Positions 13,801 through 22,704 of a DNA stretch of 64,000 nucleotides are shown here, piece by piece. The DNA lies in the NCBI GenBank assembly GCA_051362555.1, contig CM120649.1, positions 5,332,001 through 5,396,000 of the forward strand, given 5' to 3'. Within the stretch, counting starts at the first letter, position 1, and every line of letters begins with the position of its first letter. The notes below the pieces were generated by a model. That model had not been told where the DNA came from, did not search any database, and saw nothing but the letters and a program-made list of their open reading frames with translations. This stretch comes from Lingula anatina. Its lineage: Eukaryota; Animalia; Brachiopoda. A program made the translations under genes and the position numbers.

Positions 13801-16414
13801 CTGCAGACATTTTTAGAAGACCAAATTACACTAGACTACCCTCTACCAGGGCGAGTGATAAATTTTTACAGATATTCACAGATATGTCTATAGCTAGATA
13901 GATTGTCATTTAGAGCTCAACTCACCCTGTTGAGAAATCCCATGTGGAAACAATTATCTTTGCGCGCGCGCCAGAGGCTTTGTACTTGCTCTGCATGAAC
14001 TGAGCTTCACAACGATGTGATAACTGTTCGTTACGCAACCAGTCTAAGGCTTTTTTTATCTGTCACAGAAGAGCAAGTGATTGAAGTCAGAGTAATTAAC
14101 TGTCTTGATTGCTGTCACGCAGACTTAGACTGGACCTGGTAAGTTACAGTGCCTGAGCAGTTATGCAAACAATTATCAGCCATGTAATCAGCCTTGAGAT
14201 TTCTCAACAGGGTGAGTTGAGTCTTAAATGACCATCTATCTAGCTAGAAACATATCTGTGAATATCTGAAAATAAATCTATCACTCGCCCTGGTAGAGGG
14301 TAACACTAGACTAGGTAGAAGACTGATCTACTATTCCATTTTTTTTGCATAGTATATGGTGATCAGTTACTTTTTTCCAAGTCTGTGTTCTAAGCAGATG
14401 TCAACAATATTTACGCACAGGTGAACAGCTCAACTTTACCCCTCCCCCCCCTAAGAAACCCTGCCAACCTCCTTAATAAGTTATCAATGGTCTATTTCTT
14501 TAATTTTCATCTCAATAAGATACTGATAACTTAATAAGTCTTTTAAAAATCTATGAAAACAATGAAAAGTCCTCAGACAGCTTTCAAATTTACAAGATGG
14601 AAATATACCTTTCCTAATTTAGAGATACAATGCCCCTGTTTTCCATACACCTTACCCTGTTTACTGTGAATCCATAGGTAAGAGATATGACATCTGGTAC
14701 CTCACTGAGCTGAAGTTTACCTGGGTCCTGCAGGAACTGCACAGTGCTTGGAGCATGGAGAACAAGAAAATCACTGGAACTTAGGCAGCCTGTAATGACA
14801 CAGTGAGGAGGGATATTTCAGAATTTTTTTCACTGAGTTGCTAACTGAACTGAAAATATTATCAAATGGTGACTTCAAAGTTTTTTGTTTTTTTTTTTTT
14901 TTTTTGCAAGGTGGGAGGGGCATGCAAGCATAGAAGGCATGTATGTACACTCCTCTCCCAATACTACTAAAATCTGCTCATTTGAGTAACTCGAGTCAAC
15001 TACAGTAATATAAATGATCATGGTTCAAATCCACTACATCTACGTTTAATACATTTGTAAATTAATACCTTTAATCTACTATTTCATGTTTCCTTTTCAT
15101 GTGCCAATTTATTTTGTACGATTGTGGAAGTGTATCTGGTAAGCCTGTCACATTAAATCTGATTTACCATGATGAACAGTATTCATCCTGTTCCATTGTT
15201 TCACATGTGATATCAAGATGATATCATTTTATCAATACAAGCAAGAAATCTACTGATACAAAATGCTGATCGCCCAATCTCATGTCTCCAGTGTCTGCAG
15301 CAGCTAATGTACTCATTTTATGCATATGAGGCATAGACTTTTTTGGGGGTTCCTTCTCAGATACTGCACACACAAAAAGGCTCTATTCCCATAGATTTTA
15401 GATCGATCTATCCCCGCAGGGAGTCTCACTAGATTACTTTCAGATAATCCGACTGAAATGTCTGTCCCGCCTACTACAAGCTATAACAGGGGCGGATTTA
15501 GGCCGTCTTCTGGGTCTTCCAGAAGACGGTCAGATTTTCAAGTTTACATTGACGGGTATCTAATTTTTTTCTGTTGGAAGACGGTCAAAATTGGAGGATG
15601 AATCAACAAAGATAATTTGGAAGACTGTCAGTAAATAGCTTTGGATCCGCCCCTGTATAAGGGGGTAAAACTTCCGTGTCCGCCTGGCTGACAGCTATTT
15701 AGTGTGAACCCCCAGGGAGTTAGGTCGATCTAAAGTAGGTCGGTCTAATCCATGGAAATGGGGTGAAAGAGACAGAGAGAACAAGAGAAAGAGGAAGATA
15801 AAGAGAGAGTCTCATTTCATAAAATACTGGTACACTATTTTGATTTTGATATGTTATATCCAAAGACATTAACTAAATCAGATCGAACTATTCATATTAT
15901 TCCATATACAATGTGTGTGTGTTTATTTGACCCAAATGGTGAAACATCCCTTCCAAGCAGCAGCATACATCGCACTATTAGTTGAAAGGCTAACTGAGTA
16001 CACGTAACTGTGCCGAGTTCAGACACCTTAGTGACAGCTACCGTGCTGATAGCTTAATTTAAGCACAAAACAAGTAATCAGAACAAAGTCACTAATGATT
16101 TCAACATAATCACCCCAATTTGCAACTTCAGTGTTAGAATGGTAGTTTTTCATCTCGCCAAAACATCATTTTGCAGTAAAACCATTCTTGTGATCGATCG
16201 TCATGTGATGTTGAGACGCTCGAGCCGGTGACCTTCAGCGAACCTTTCTTGATTTCTCCGTCTACAAACAAATTCAGGCGAAATCCACTTACAGCACAGC
16301 TTTTGGAAGTCAACCTGATTATCTGACATCGTCGTTTTAACTGGACAACTCACCTATTACTAGAAAAAATACCAAACACAAGGAGATAGCCACACTGTGC
16401 ACGACGTCCGCCAT
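4745..16414 (-). CDS. ATP6AP2: ATP6AP2 / (pro)renin receptor, V-ATPase accessory protein; complete 8-exon CDS, 1092 nt, 363 aa
   Basis: join(complement 16354-16414, 14656-14789, 12687-12824, 10193-10294, 7967-8158, 7464-7613, 6274-6387, 4745-4945). All introns are GT-AG with consistent phases and no internal stop. Shows a signal peptide, GSLFKRPKANV, LLSELQ, PDFYS, furin site RKTR, one TM helix and the tail MDPGKDSIIYRMT (human MDPGYDSIIYRMT). Confidence 0.97.
5043..5287. mobile_element. Degenerate hairpin MITE, GATCGATC family (family A)
   Basis: Inverted arms CCAACTCT..TAGTGCAATCAG / CTGATTGCACTTA..AGAGTTGG, shared with the copy at 13169-13415; boundaries approximate. Confidence 0.65.
6274..6387 (-). 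CDS. ATP6AP2: ATP6AP2 exon 7 (LTDRFKALYRDSVVVEVVTL...ARKTRSLLATQ), contains furin/S1P cleavage motifs
   Basis: Acceptor gtttttcag, donor CAG|GTACTG; 114 nt; RKTR identical to the human furin site. Confidence 0.95.
6554..6737. mobile_element. PIF/Harbinger-like MITE, family B
   Basis: Inverted arms of about 50 bp, GCATTCAGAACAG.GGACTAACTAGTCC...AAATATGGC; flanks TAA/CAA; related copy at 55045-55232, fragments near 26905 and 36920. Confidence 0.75.
7165..7430. mobile_element. Ginger1-like MITE (7165-7321) plus an adjacent half copy (about 7345-7430)
   Basis: CCGG on the left; end GTTTCGTTACA; reverse-complement similar to 47870-48005; the second piece shares GGACGAATGTC.CCTGT.CAAAG with the 9893 copy. 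Confidence 0.6.
7464..7613 (-). CDS. ATP6AP2: ATP6AP2 exon 6 (VSKNAAQIQDNVPDFYSFAVSGY...SEQARDAAHLISKYLEQ)
   Basis: Acceptor tttccag, donor CAG|GTAATT; 150 nt; matches human DHSPDLYSLELAGL...SEQFRDA. Confidence 0.95.
7858..7896. repeat. (TAAA)n microsatellite
   Basis: Direct reading. Confidence 0.9.
7967..8158 (-). CDS. ATP6AP2: ATP6AP2 exon 5 (IFDLRSLSGEIFRDLPVT...DRTLLSELQLIEEIMSK)
   Basis: Acceptor ttttttttccag, donor AAG|GTGATT; 192 nt; matches human FEDLSVT...DLLFLSELQVL. Confidence 0.94.
9893..10059. mobile_element. Ginger1-like MITE (167 bp) with CCGG target-site duplication
   Basis: CCGG|TGCGACAGGAATGGAAGTCC...GGACTTCCATTCCTGTTACA|CCGG. Confidence 0.8.
10193..10294 (-). CDS. ATP6AP2: ATP6AP2 exon 4 (DLPIYSTERVVNNLQSSFSPERRPFIVDLSADKS)
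   Basis: Acceptor gtttcag, donor TCG|GTAATT; 102 nt, phase 0/0. Confidence 0.92.
10395..10708. mobile_element. hAT-like non-autonomous element (314 bp)
   Basis: TIRs CAGAGCACTAGTAACTGA / TCAGTTGCTAGTGCTCTG (17/18 match); flanks AATCAT / AATCAG. Confidence 0.7.
12687..12824 (-). CDS. ATP6AP2: ATP6AP2 exon 3 (DLNFQGLAAGSLFKRPKANVLIAVDG...)
   Basis: Acceptor tttcag, donor TTA|GTAAGT; matches human [20 protein letters not shown]. Confidence 0.95.
13169..13415. mobile_element. Hairpin MITE, family A
   Basis: Imperfect inverted arms of about 90 bp, GACACCAT..TCGATCCAACTCTGCA..CTGAGTGCAAT.AGCTTAAC. Confidence 0.8.
13837..14302. mobile_element. Foldback non-autonomous DNA transposon (466 bp) with 9-bp TSD; AcademH- or MULE-like
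   Basis: Perfect TSD ACACTAGAC at 13828-13836 and 14303-14311; TIRs over 100 bp starting TACCCTCTACCAGGGCGAGTGATA. Confidence 0.9.
14656..14789 (-). CDS. ATP6AP2: ATP6AP2 exon 2 (CLSSSDFLVLHAPSTVQF...VPDVISLTYGFTVNR)
   Basis: Acceptor cattacag, donor AGG|GTAAGG; matches human FSILKSPGSVVF...IPDVAALSMGFSV. Confidence 0.93.
15379..15766. mobile_element. Family A MITE interrupted by a nested MITE
   Basis: Near-identical to the reverse complement of 29093-29308 once 15487-15660 is removed. Confidence 0.85.
15487..15655. mobile_element. Nested MITE (169 bp), TIR CAGGGGCGGAT, 5-bp TSD TATAA
   Basis: TATAA|CAGGGGCGGATTTA...TGGATCCGCCCCTG|TATAA; internal GAAGACGGTCA repeats. Confidence 0.88.
16354..16414 (-). 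CDS. ATP6AP2: ATP6AP2 coding exon 1 (signal peptide MADVVHSVAISLCLVFFLVIG)
   Basis: acaATGG start, hydrophobic core, donor TAG|GTGAGT, phase 1. Confidence 0.9.
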
Positions 16415-16788
16415 TGTTGATTATTCGATACACGTTCCGGGTGAAGGTTGGGAGAATTTGTAAAAGTCTATATTTGTGAGCGTTTATAGTTAACTCGTAT
16501 CAAACTCTTCCTTTATCGGAAAAGGAACATTGTTATAACTGATATCAATGATATTCTACAAACCATGACATGTGGCTTACCTGTGTTGTTTACAATACTA
16601 CATGTGAAAAGATATCAACCTAAACAAGTTCGTGTCGCAACTTAAGCGAAGATCGCCATTAATATTCTCCCAAAGGGGAGGTATATGAGTTTATTTTAGC
16701 CGACATCGTCATGCTGTAAGCAACGGACGATACAGTACGTGCACCCTCTATTGAAACATGACGATTGCCTAGGTTAACCATAAGGAAG
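16415..16788. promoter_or_regulatory. ATP6AP2 promoter, possibly bidirectional
   Basis: Immediately upstream of the ATP6AP2 ATG; ETS-like CCGGAA on the minus strand at 16435-16440; CpG density rises relative to the gene body; a candidate divergent ATG at 16789. Confidence 0.55.
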
Positions 16789-17302
16789 ATGTCGCAGCAA
16801 TCTCAACGAAATATCTGGGAGGCTCTTTCTGGACAAGAAACCACGGGAGCACCTGTAGAAGGGGCGGGGAATACGTGAGTTTTTAAGTCTTTATTATGCG
16901 ATTTCGCGCCACTGCGGTCTCGAAATACGTGTCACACTTAAAGATTAAAGAGTCTCCGCGTTGAGGATTTTTTCACTGAGGTAGCTGTACGGTTCGACGG
17001 AATGACACGACTTTTAACATCGCAGATTGAATCCTGAGTGGGAGACTAGGCGCTATATCCTGCTTGAGGAACTTACTTCGAGGATTAGAAGAGGCGATTT
17101 TGGGATCGATCAAGCACAGTGGAAGACTTCACTGTTGGAAATGTCTCCCATCCCTGCCCCTGCTTACTGCTATCACGACCTACGTCGTTGATATCAACAG
17201 CAGTGTACACAGACCTATGGAACGAGGCGGAGAATCGGAATGGAGCTTTTGAAAGTCCTGGAAAGGGAAACGATTGGTCTGCGTGTAGGAAAGAGTAGGT
17301 AG
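16789..17302 (+). other. Candidate spliced orphan ORF or pseudogene divergent from ATP6AP2 (83 aa up to an in-frame TGA; frame stays open 36 more codons)
   Basis: aagATG at 16789; exon 16789-16874 with donor AC|GTGAGT; acceptor cgcag at 17025; exon from 17026 in matching phase; TGA at 17189-17191; TAG at 17300-17302. No homology recognised. Confidence 0.35.
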
Positions 17303-17733
17303 GGGGGCCTATAGATTTAATACGATTTACCAGCTCACCGTACCTTCCGCCTCGCCAAAGGCAATGGCCCACCTGGAATCCATTGTCGCCTAACACGTTT
17401 GTGAATAGACCTGCCTTTTTTACTTGCAGGAAGGCGTGGCGCTAAGAAATCATTTTGGTCTTCAGGCGTCACGGTGTTTTACTGCATTTTTAGTTTTTGT
17501 ACACTTGCCCTTCAATACATAGGCTACCTCAGTACGGTGTACAACTTACGAGTATTGGGGAGCAGTAGGTCCATGCATAAACGCAATCACTCACTGTTCT
17601 CATGTTCACGTCACGTTTTATCTCACTCATTTTTTGTAGGAAAAAAAGTGAATGAAAATGAAAGAAATTAAAGTTCATTGGCACGGAGAGCACATAAGTG
17701 TTATTACGTGACAAGATACAGGTACACAACCGG

Positions 17734-20021
17734 TGTCACGTGAAGAAACCGTCGTCGTGAATAAACCGTTCTGACGGATTATTCACGCGGGGGTAGCAGT
17801 CCGTGAATAAACCGTCCTCGTGAATAAACCGTCGTGCTGCTTACCTGGCCATTGTTCTCCGGTTTTATTACGCAATTTGGAGGCACTGTACAGTACCGAT
17901 CCCCACATATACATATCACATCTTACCTGGTTATTGTTCTCAAGATACACCAATTAGGCCCTACTACCGCTGTTGTAAGAACCTAGAGGAGATCGTTCAA
18001 ATTTTGTCCTTTGTATTGTGGGTCAAGTTTATCTGTTAGTGTTAGGTATAATTTTGTTTAGCTACTATTTATGCATTTTTTTACTTTATGTTAATAATAT
18101 TTTGGTCTGTCTTGCCGAAGTAGTTTATTGCGGTAACCGTAGACAGCAACCAGATCCTAAAACAATTAAGACGAGAGAACTTTTAACCAACATACCTGGG
18201 TAGCCTTGTGAGTACACAGATTGTTGATATTTAAGAAATCCCTTAAAGAATTTTCAGTTGACTTCCATGCCAACTTCAGGAATATATTTGAAAAATAGAG
18301 ATTTAAAGTTAAGAAGTAGGCCCTATTTATTGATACAAACAAAAATCGCAATTAAATGTAATTTAATGTTTTTTCCATTCAATTCTAGTGCCAAATTGAG
18401 ACTTGGATGAATTTTTGAGATCATGTATGGTATATGTCAACCAATATAAAACTAGTCATTTCGTGTTACTTGTCATGTGTTTTGTAATCATTGCAATATT
18501 AAGTGAACTTCGTTGTCTTCATATTTTACATATAAAGAACCAGTATTATCCTCAGCAAAAAAAAAAAAAAAAATGTATAAAAATCAAACTCAATTTATTG
18601 TTATATTTCTCATTGCTTTATCACAACACGAATGATAAATGTTCACATATTTTCAAAAAAAAAAAATAATAATAATAATAATAACTTCTAAACAGATATC
18701 AAAGCAAGGGCAAAGGTCAAACCAAAGATAGACCAAACATCTTTTTGACACATATTACAACATGACAAAATGTGGCCAAAATCAGCAAAAACAAAAATTC
18801 TTTTCAGCCATCATTCAAATGTTTTCATAATTTTCTTAATTTTGCGCACAATTTTGTACAGTTTTCAACCTTTTTGAAACAATATGTTAAGGATAAATTT
18901 ACATTTCAGAAAATGTTTTAGACTTTTGTTCCCAGCAGACGTTGATAAAACATCCTTCAATGTAATTGTAATATTTCTTATTTTTTTATATTTTTTTCAA
19001 GTTTTTGATGGCACTATTTCCATGTACCCTAGGATCTAGATTTAGGTTTTGCCAAATCGATCTTGATTTCATATATAGCACACATCAGCGATACACCGTA
19101 AAGCTAACACATGAAAAGGTTTAGTAAAAAAAAGCTAGCTTTATAGTGTCCTGATCCTAAGGGCATTCCTATGTGGTTTTCTAGAAATTTTAAAATGTGC
19201 TAATGTTTAAGATTAGCAAAATTAAAAAAGAACACAGTATATGATACAAAATACAAAATGTTTATTTGGTGATGTGAAAATATAGAACAAATACAACAAG
19301 TAATCATCATAATACACACAAACACACACTATAATTTTAAGCTATTTTCTTCTGCCAATCAATCCGAACAATGAAATAAAATAAATGTGTTAAAGCTTTA
19401 TGATATAAAAAACTGACTTGAAGGTGGACTGTTGGGAATGCATCGACCTTCTCACTTTGGACGTGTAACACACCTGTGAACATATCTAACATTATATAAT
19501 GAGCATTCATACGAGTCTTACGACGACTTTATGCAAACGCAGTCACATTCACGACACTGACAAAGTTGACTTACAGCACGTAGCTACATATGTATTTCCA
19601 ACATTTCCCCATAGAGGAAGTTATATTATTGTCAAACACACACTTTCTCTCGACAACAATTACTGAACTCTAAACTGAAAGAACATTGTAGTGTGAAAAC
19701 ATTTATACTACGAGTCTTACTACAACCTCATCACAGAGCGAAACAGTTCAGTCACGATCACAATCTCAGTAATAAGGGGTGTGTCACACGCTTCCTTTGA
19801 TGTTTATATAAAACTTTTCCAACATTCCTCCGTGGAGTTTATTGTAAGATTATCAAATACATACTCTCTCATGGCAAAAACCACTGAATTACGAATTGAA
19901 AGGTCAATAGTTCCAAAAATACCTACGACGATATCGTCATACCGGAAGTCCCTTCTTTCAATCTACCCTCAATGCGCATGTGCAGAACGGTTTCGTCACG
20001 GCACGGGTCTATCACGCCACA
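17734..20021. mobile_element. Ginger1-like non-autonomous DNA transposon (~2.3 kb)
   Basis: CCGG at 17730-17733 and 20022-20025; TGT...ACA termini; imperfect TIRs of about 40 bp ending AAACCGTTCTG; subterminal CGTGAATAAACCGT repeats; no intact transposase ORF. Confidence 0.75.
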
Positions 20022-20055
20022 CCGGCATCAGTCGGGCATTAAATAGTAACATTAA

Positions 20056-20684
20056 AGTCATAATAACTCTTCGTTTTGGCCAAAAATTGGATTTTCCTGG
20101 AAAAAACGGCAATTTTCCCGTACTTACCAATGGTCAACGACCCCATTCCTGCATTCAAAGTTAATCCAGGGTTTTTTTCCTAAACGTACGGTTTTTTGTT
20201 AAAATCTCTTAAGAGATTTTAACTGACGGAGCTCTCTCTGACATTGCAAAGTCACTGGTGACCTACTTAAAACCGCGGGAAAAGCAGACAACAACAACAC
20301 TATATAAGATTCATGAAATATATTCGTCTTTTTGTTAAAAATGCATTTATATCCACAATGTGTGCCATTCTGGGCTTTACGTTATCCGACGCACTGTACA
20401 AAAACTCGCAACTTACGTCTGCGTCCGCATTAATGTGTTTGGCGCCATGTTATTTTGGTCTCGAATGAACGCGAGAATCCGCGTGACACCATTACGTCAT
20501 TAGCAACGAATGCCTTGATGACTGGGAAAAATGGCATCGTAAGCCCCATTGACAAGCACAGATTTTAGTTTTACTCCAATAACGGCCGTTTTAGTGGTAA
20601 AATACGATAGAATATATTTCCATGCGTTGTTTAAAATGTATTTCATGCGGAATTTTGAATCTCAAAGGAAGAGTTATTATTGCT
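20056..20684. mobile_element. Kolobok-like non-autonomous element (629 bp), TTAA TSD
   Basis: TTAA|AGTCATAATAACTCTTC...GAAGAGTTATTATTGCT|TTAA. Confidence 0.75.
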
Positions 20685-20997
20685 TTAACTATGTAAATCA
20701 CCCATGAATACTTTCATCTATAGATAGAAGACGTGATAGCCACCGAAATATCGGTAGGATAATAATAATATAGTTGAAGATGGAAAAGGCGTATCAACTG
20801 TAATAAATTTTAATTTAGGCCCTTTTCTCATTGAGCGGACGGCCTATACTTTATGGATGTACCGATACATTTTGAGATATTCTGTCATGTTATTACGCTA
20901 CATTGTGTTTTACTCCCATTTCTCTGCAAGTTTGCTTACTGCTCTGTTATTGAGGTAAGTACTCGAGCTCTGAGGTTCCGTTTATGTGACTCTGTTA

Positions 20998-21244
20998 GGG
21001 ACAATTCCCACAGATATTTGGATCGGTCTAACTCCCTGGGGAGTCTCACTAAATTTCTATCGACTAAACCGGCTTAAATGTCTGTCACGCCTAGTAAAGC
21101 CGTTCGGGGGTAATTATCTTTACCCCCTAGCTGATTCGGTAGGCGTGACAGGCATTTAAGCTGCTTAGTTGATAGAAATTTAGTGAGACTCCCCAGGGAG
21201 TTAGACCGATCCAAATGGATCGATCTAGGCATGGGAACCCAGTC
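20998..21244. mobile_element. Family A hairpin MITE (Harbinger-like), well preserved
   Basis: Near-perfect arms ATTTGGATCGGTCTAACTCCCTGGGGAGTCTCACTAAATTTCTATC and their reverse complement; ends GGGACAATTCCCA / TGGGAACCCAGTC. Confidence 0.88.
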
Positions 21245-21728
21245 TACGTGTCGTTCTATGGCATTGCTGCACTTTATATTTCAATTGGCGATCTTAACCG
21301 TCTTGTGCATTCGTTGTCATAAAGGTTTGATAATTACCCTAAGCAAAGAAAATAAATAAATAAATAAATAAAAAATAAAAAAAAATAAAAAAATAAAATA
21401 AAAAGGGAATGTTAATTCCACCTTGCAGTGGTTCGAGCTGAAGAAATGTTTTCAGTTAAATAAGGTCTTTCAGAGAAACTGAAATGAAAAGGTGTTCCTA
21501 GTCGATGAATTAGGAGAACACTTCGCTTCTTCCAAACATAAAATAATTTTTTCGCAGAAAGGAAAGACCTTTTTTGCACCGACGTCACAACACAGGGTTA
21601 CAATATAATCGTATCAATGATCAGTCGTGACATTCTCTAACGGACACTTTGATGTCCTTTTTCTGTCTCCTTCGTTTTCTTTCCTTGTTCTGTACGCATG
21701 TCCTCTTCGACCAGCCTCTACAGGCTAC

Positions 21729-21855
21729 TGACGTCACTGCTGCAGGCTAATGACGTCAGTCCCAAACTGTATGCATACGTCACGATGAGGATATCTCGCC
21801 GATAAATTGAAAACCAAGATTTCTTGTAATTTATGATTTAATCTATCCTATAAAA
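21729..21855 (+). promoter_or_regulatory. Paired full CRE sites plus TATA box (candidate cAMP-inducible promoter)
   Basis: TGACGTCA at 21729 and 21751 within a 22-bp-period duplication CAGGCTA(C/A)TGACGTCA; TATAAAA at 21849-21855; donor-like AAG|GTAACT at 21938/21939. Confidence 0.4.
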
Positions 21856-22542
21856 TACAGAAAGCGGTTTGTTTCAAACATTTTGTTGTAAGGATGATAT
21901 GACCTTGAGATGATTCCCTTGCATTTGTAACACTTAAGGTAACTGCACGGTAGTTCTTTCAATAATTGGAACATTTATGAACACATCCATTTGATTGAAA
22001 ACCCCAAATTGTGTTAGGTTACGAAGTGGATTGAATGTCGAAGATGATTAACTGAAATTGCGGTTGCACAGTCACTTTTAATTATATCATTAAACATGTT
22101 TGTAACAATTCGCATCTTTTGTTTTTCATCGTGATTCCTTTGTAAAGGAATACATGCGATTTCTAATTCAATATTTACATATGCCTTAATCCCCCCTCTC
22201 CGACGGAATAGTCAAATTACGGTAGTCACGGGATGTTTTTTAGGCATAGATGGAAAGGAGAAGAAATGGCGACAGGATAAACGGATCTCCGTGATGGGTG
22301 TACGCATGATTTCGAATTTGATGGAGGCTGAGGATAGCGAGGAATGGGAAATGAGGACGTGCATGACAGTGTCGCCATCTGTCGTCAGATCGTCGGCAAC
22401 TCTCATTGATATAGTAGATTAAAAAATAAGAATTTTCTTTATTGAAACACTTGACTTTGTGTGCAGTTGTGAAGGAACCACGATAAAGCGCATGAATGAA
22501 GTGGCGATAAAAACGAAACAGACGTCTATTTCGCAAATACGC

Positions 22543-22704
22543 TAATCTCTACCTGGGGTCAGCTGAGTGATGACGTCATTGTTGTCCAAAAGCTGGACCT
22601 GGTGGCGCAGTAATGGTCACAACTAATGAATGACAAGATCTGATGAATAAATATCTGTGAATATCCAGCTAAAAAAATATACATCTTTGAACCTGGTAGA
22701 CGGC
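22543..22704. mobile_element. Degenerate short relative of the 13837 element, carrying a full CRE
   Basis: Ends TAATCTCTACCTGG / CCTGGTAGAC; internal ATATCTGTGAATATC shared with 14254-14267; reversed relative at about 28910-29070. Confidence 0.55.

Noticed and set aside
17300-17730. SECIS element supporting selenocysteine at TGA 17189
   Set aside because: The AUGA-containing stem at about 17650-17680 lacks the 3' GA of the quartet; no canonical SECIS seen by eye.
17739-17835. Repeated CGTGAATAAACCGT units resembling a CRISPR array
   Set aside because: Units are 14 bp, irregularly spaced, and one is inverted. They are subterminal repeats of a DNA transposon in eukaryotic DNA, with no cas genes.
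17840-17945. CTTACCTGG motifs as U1 snRNA 5' ends
   Set aside because: The following sequence does not match U1.
19340-19475. Transposase remnant inside the 2.3-kb element
   Set aside because: Only short frames, with no DDE or zinc-finger motifs recognisable.
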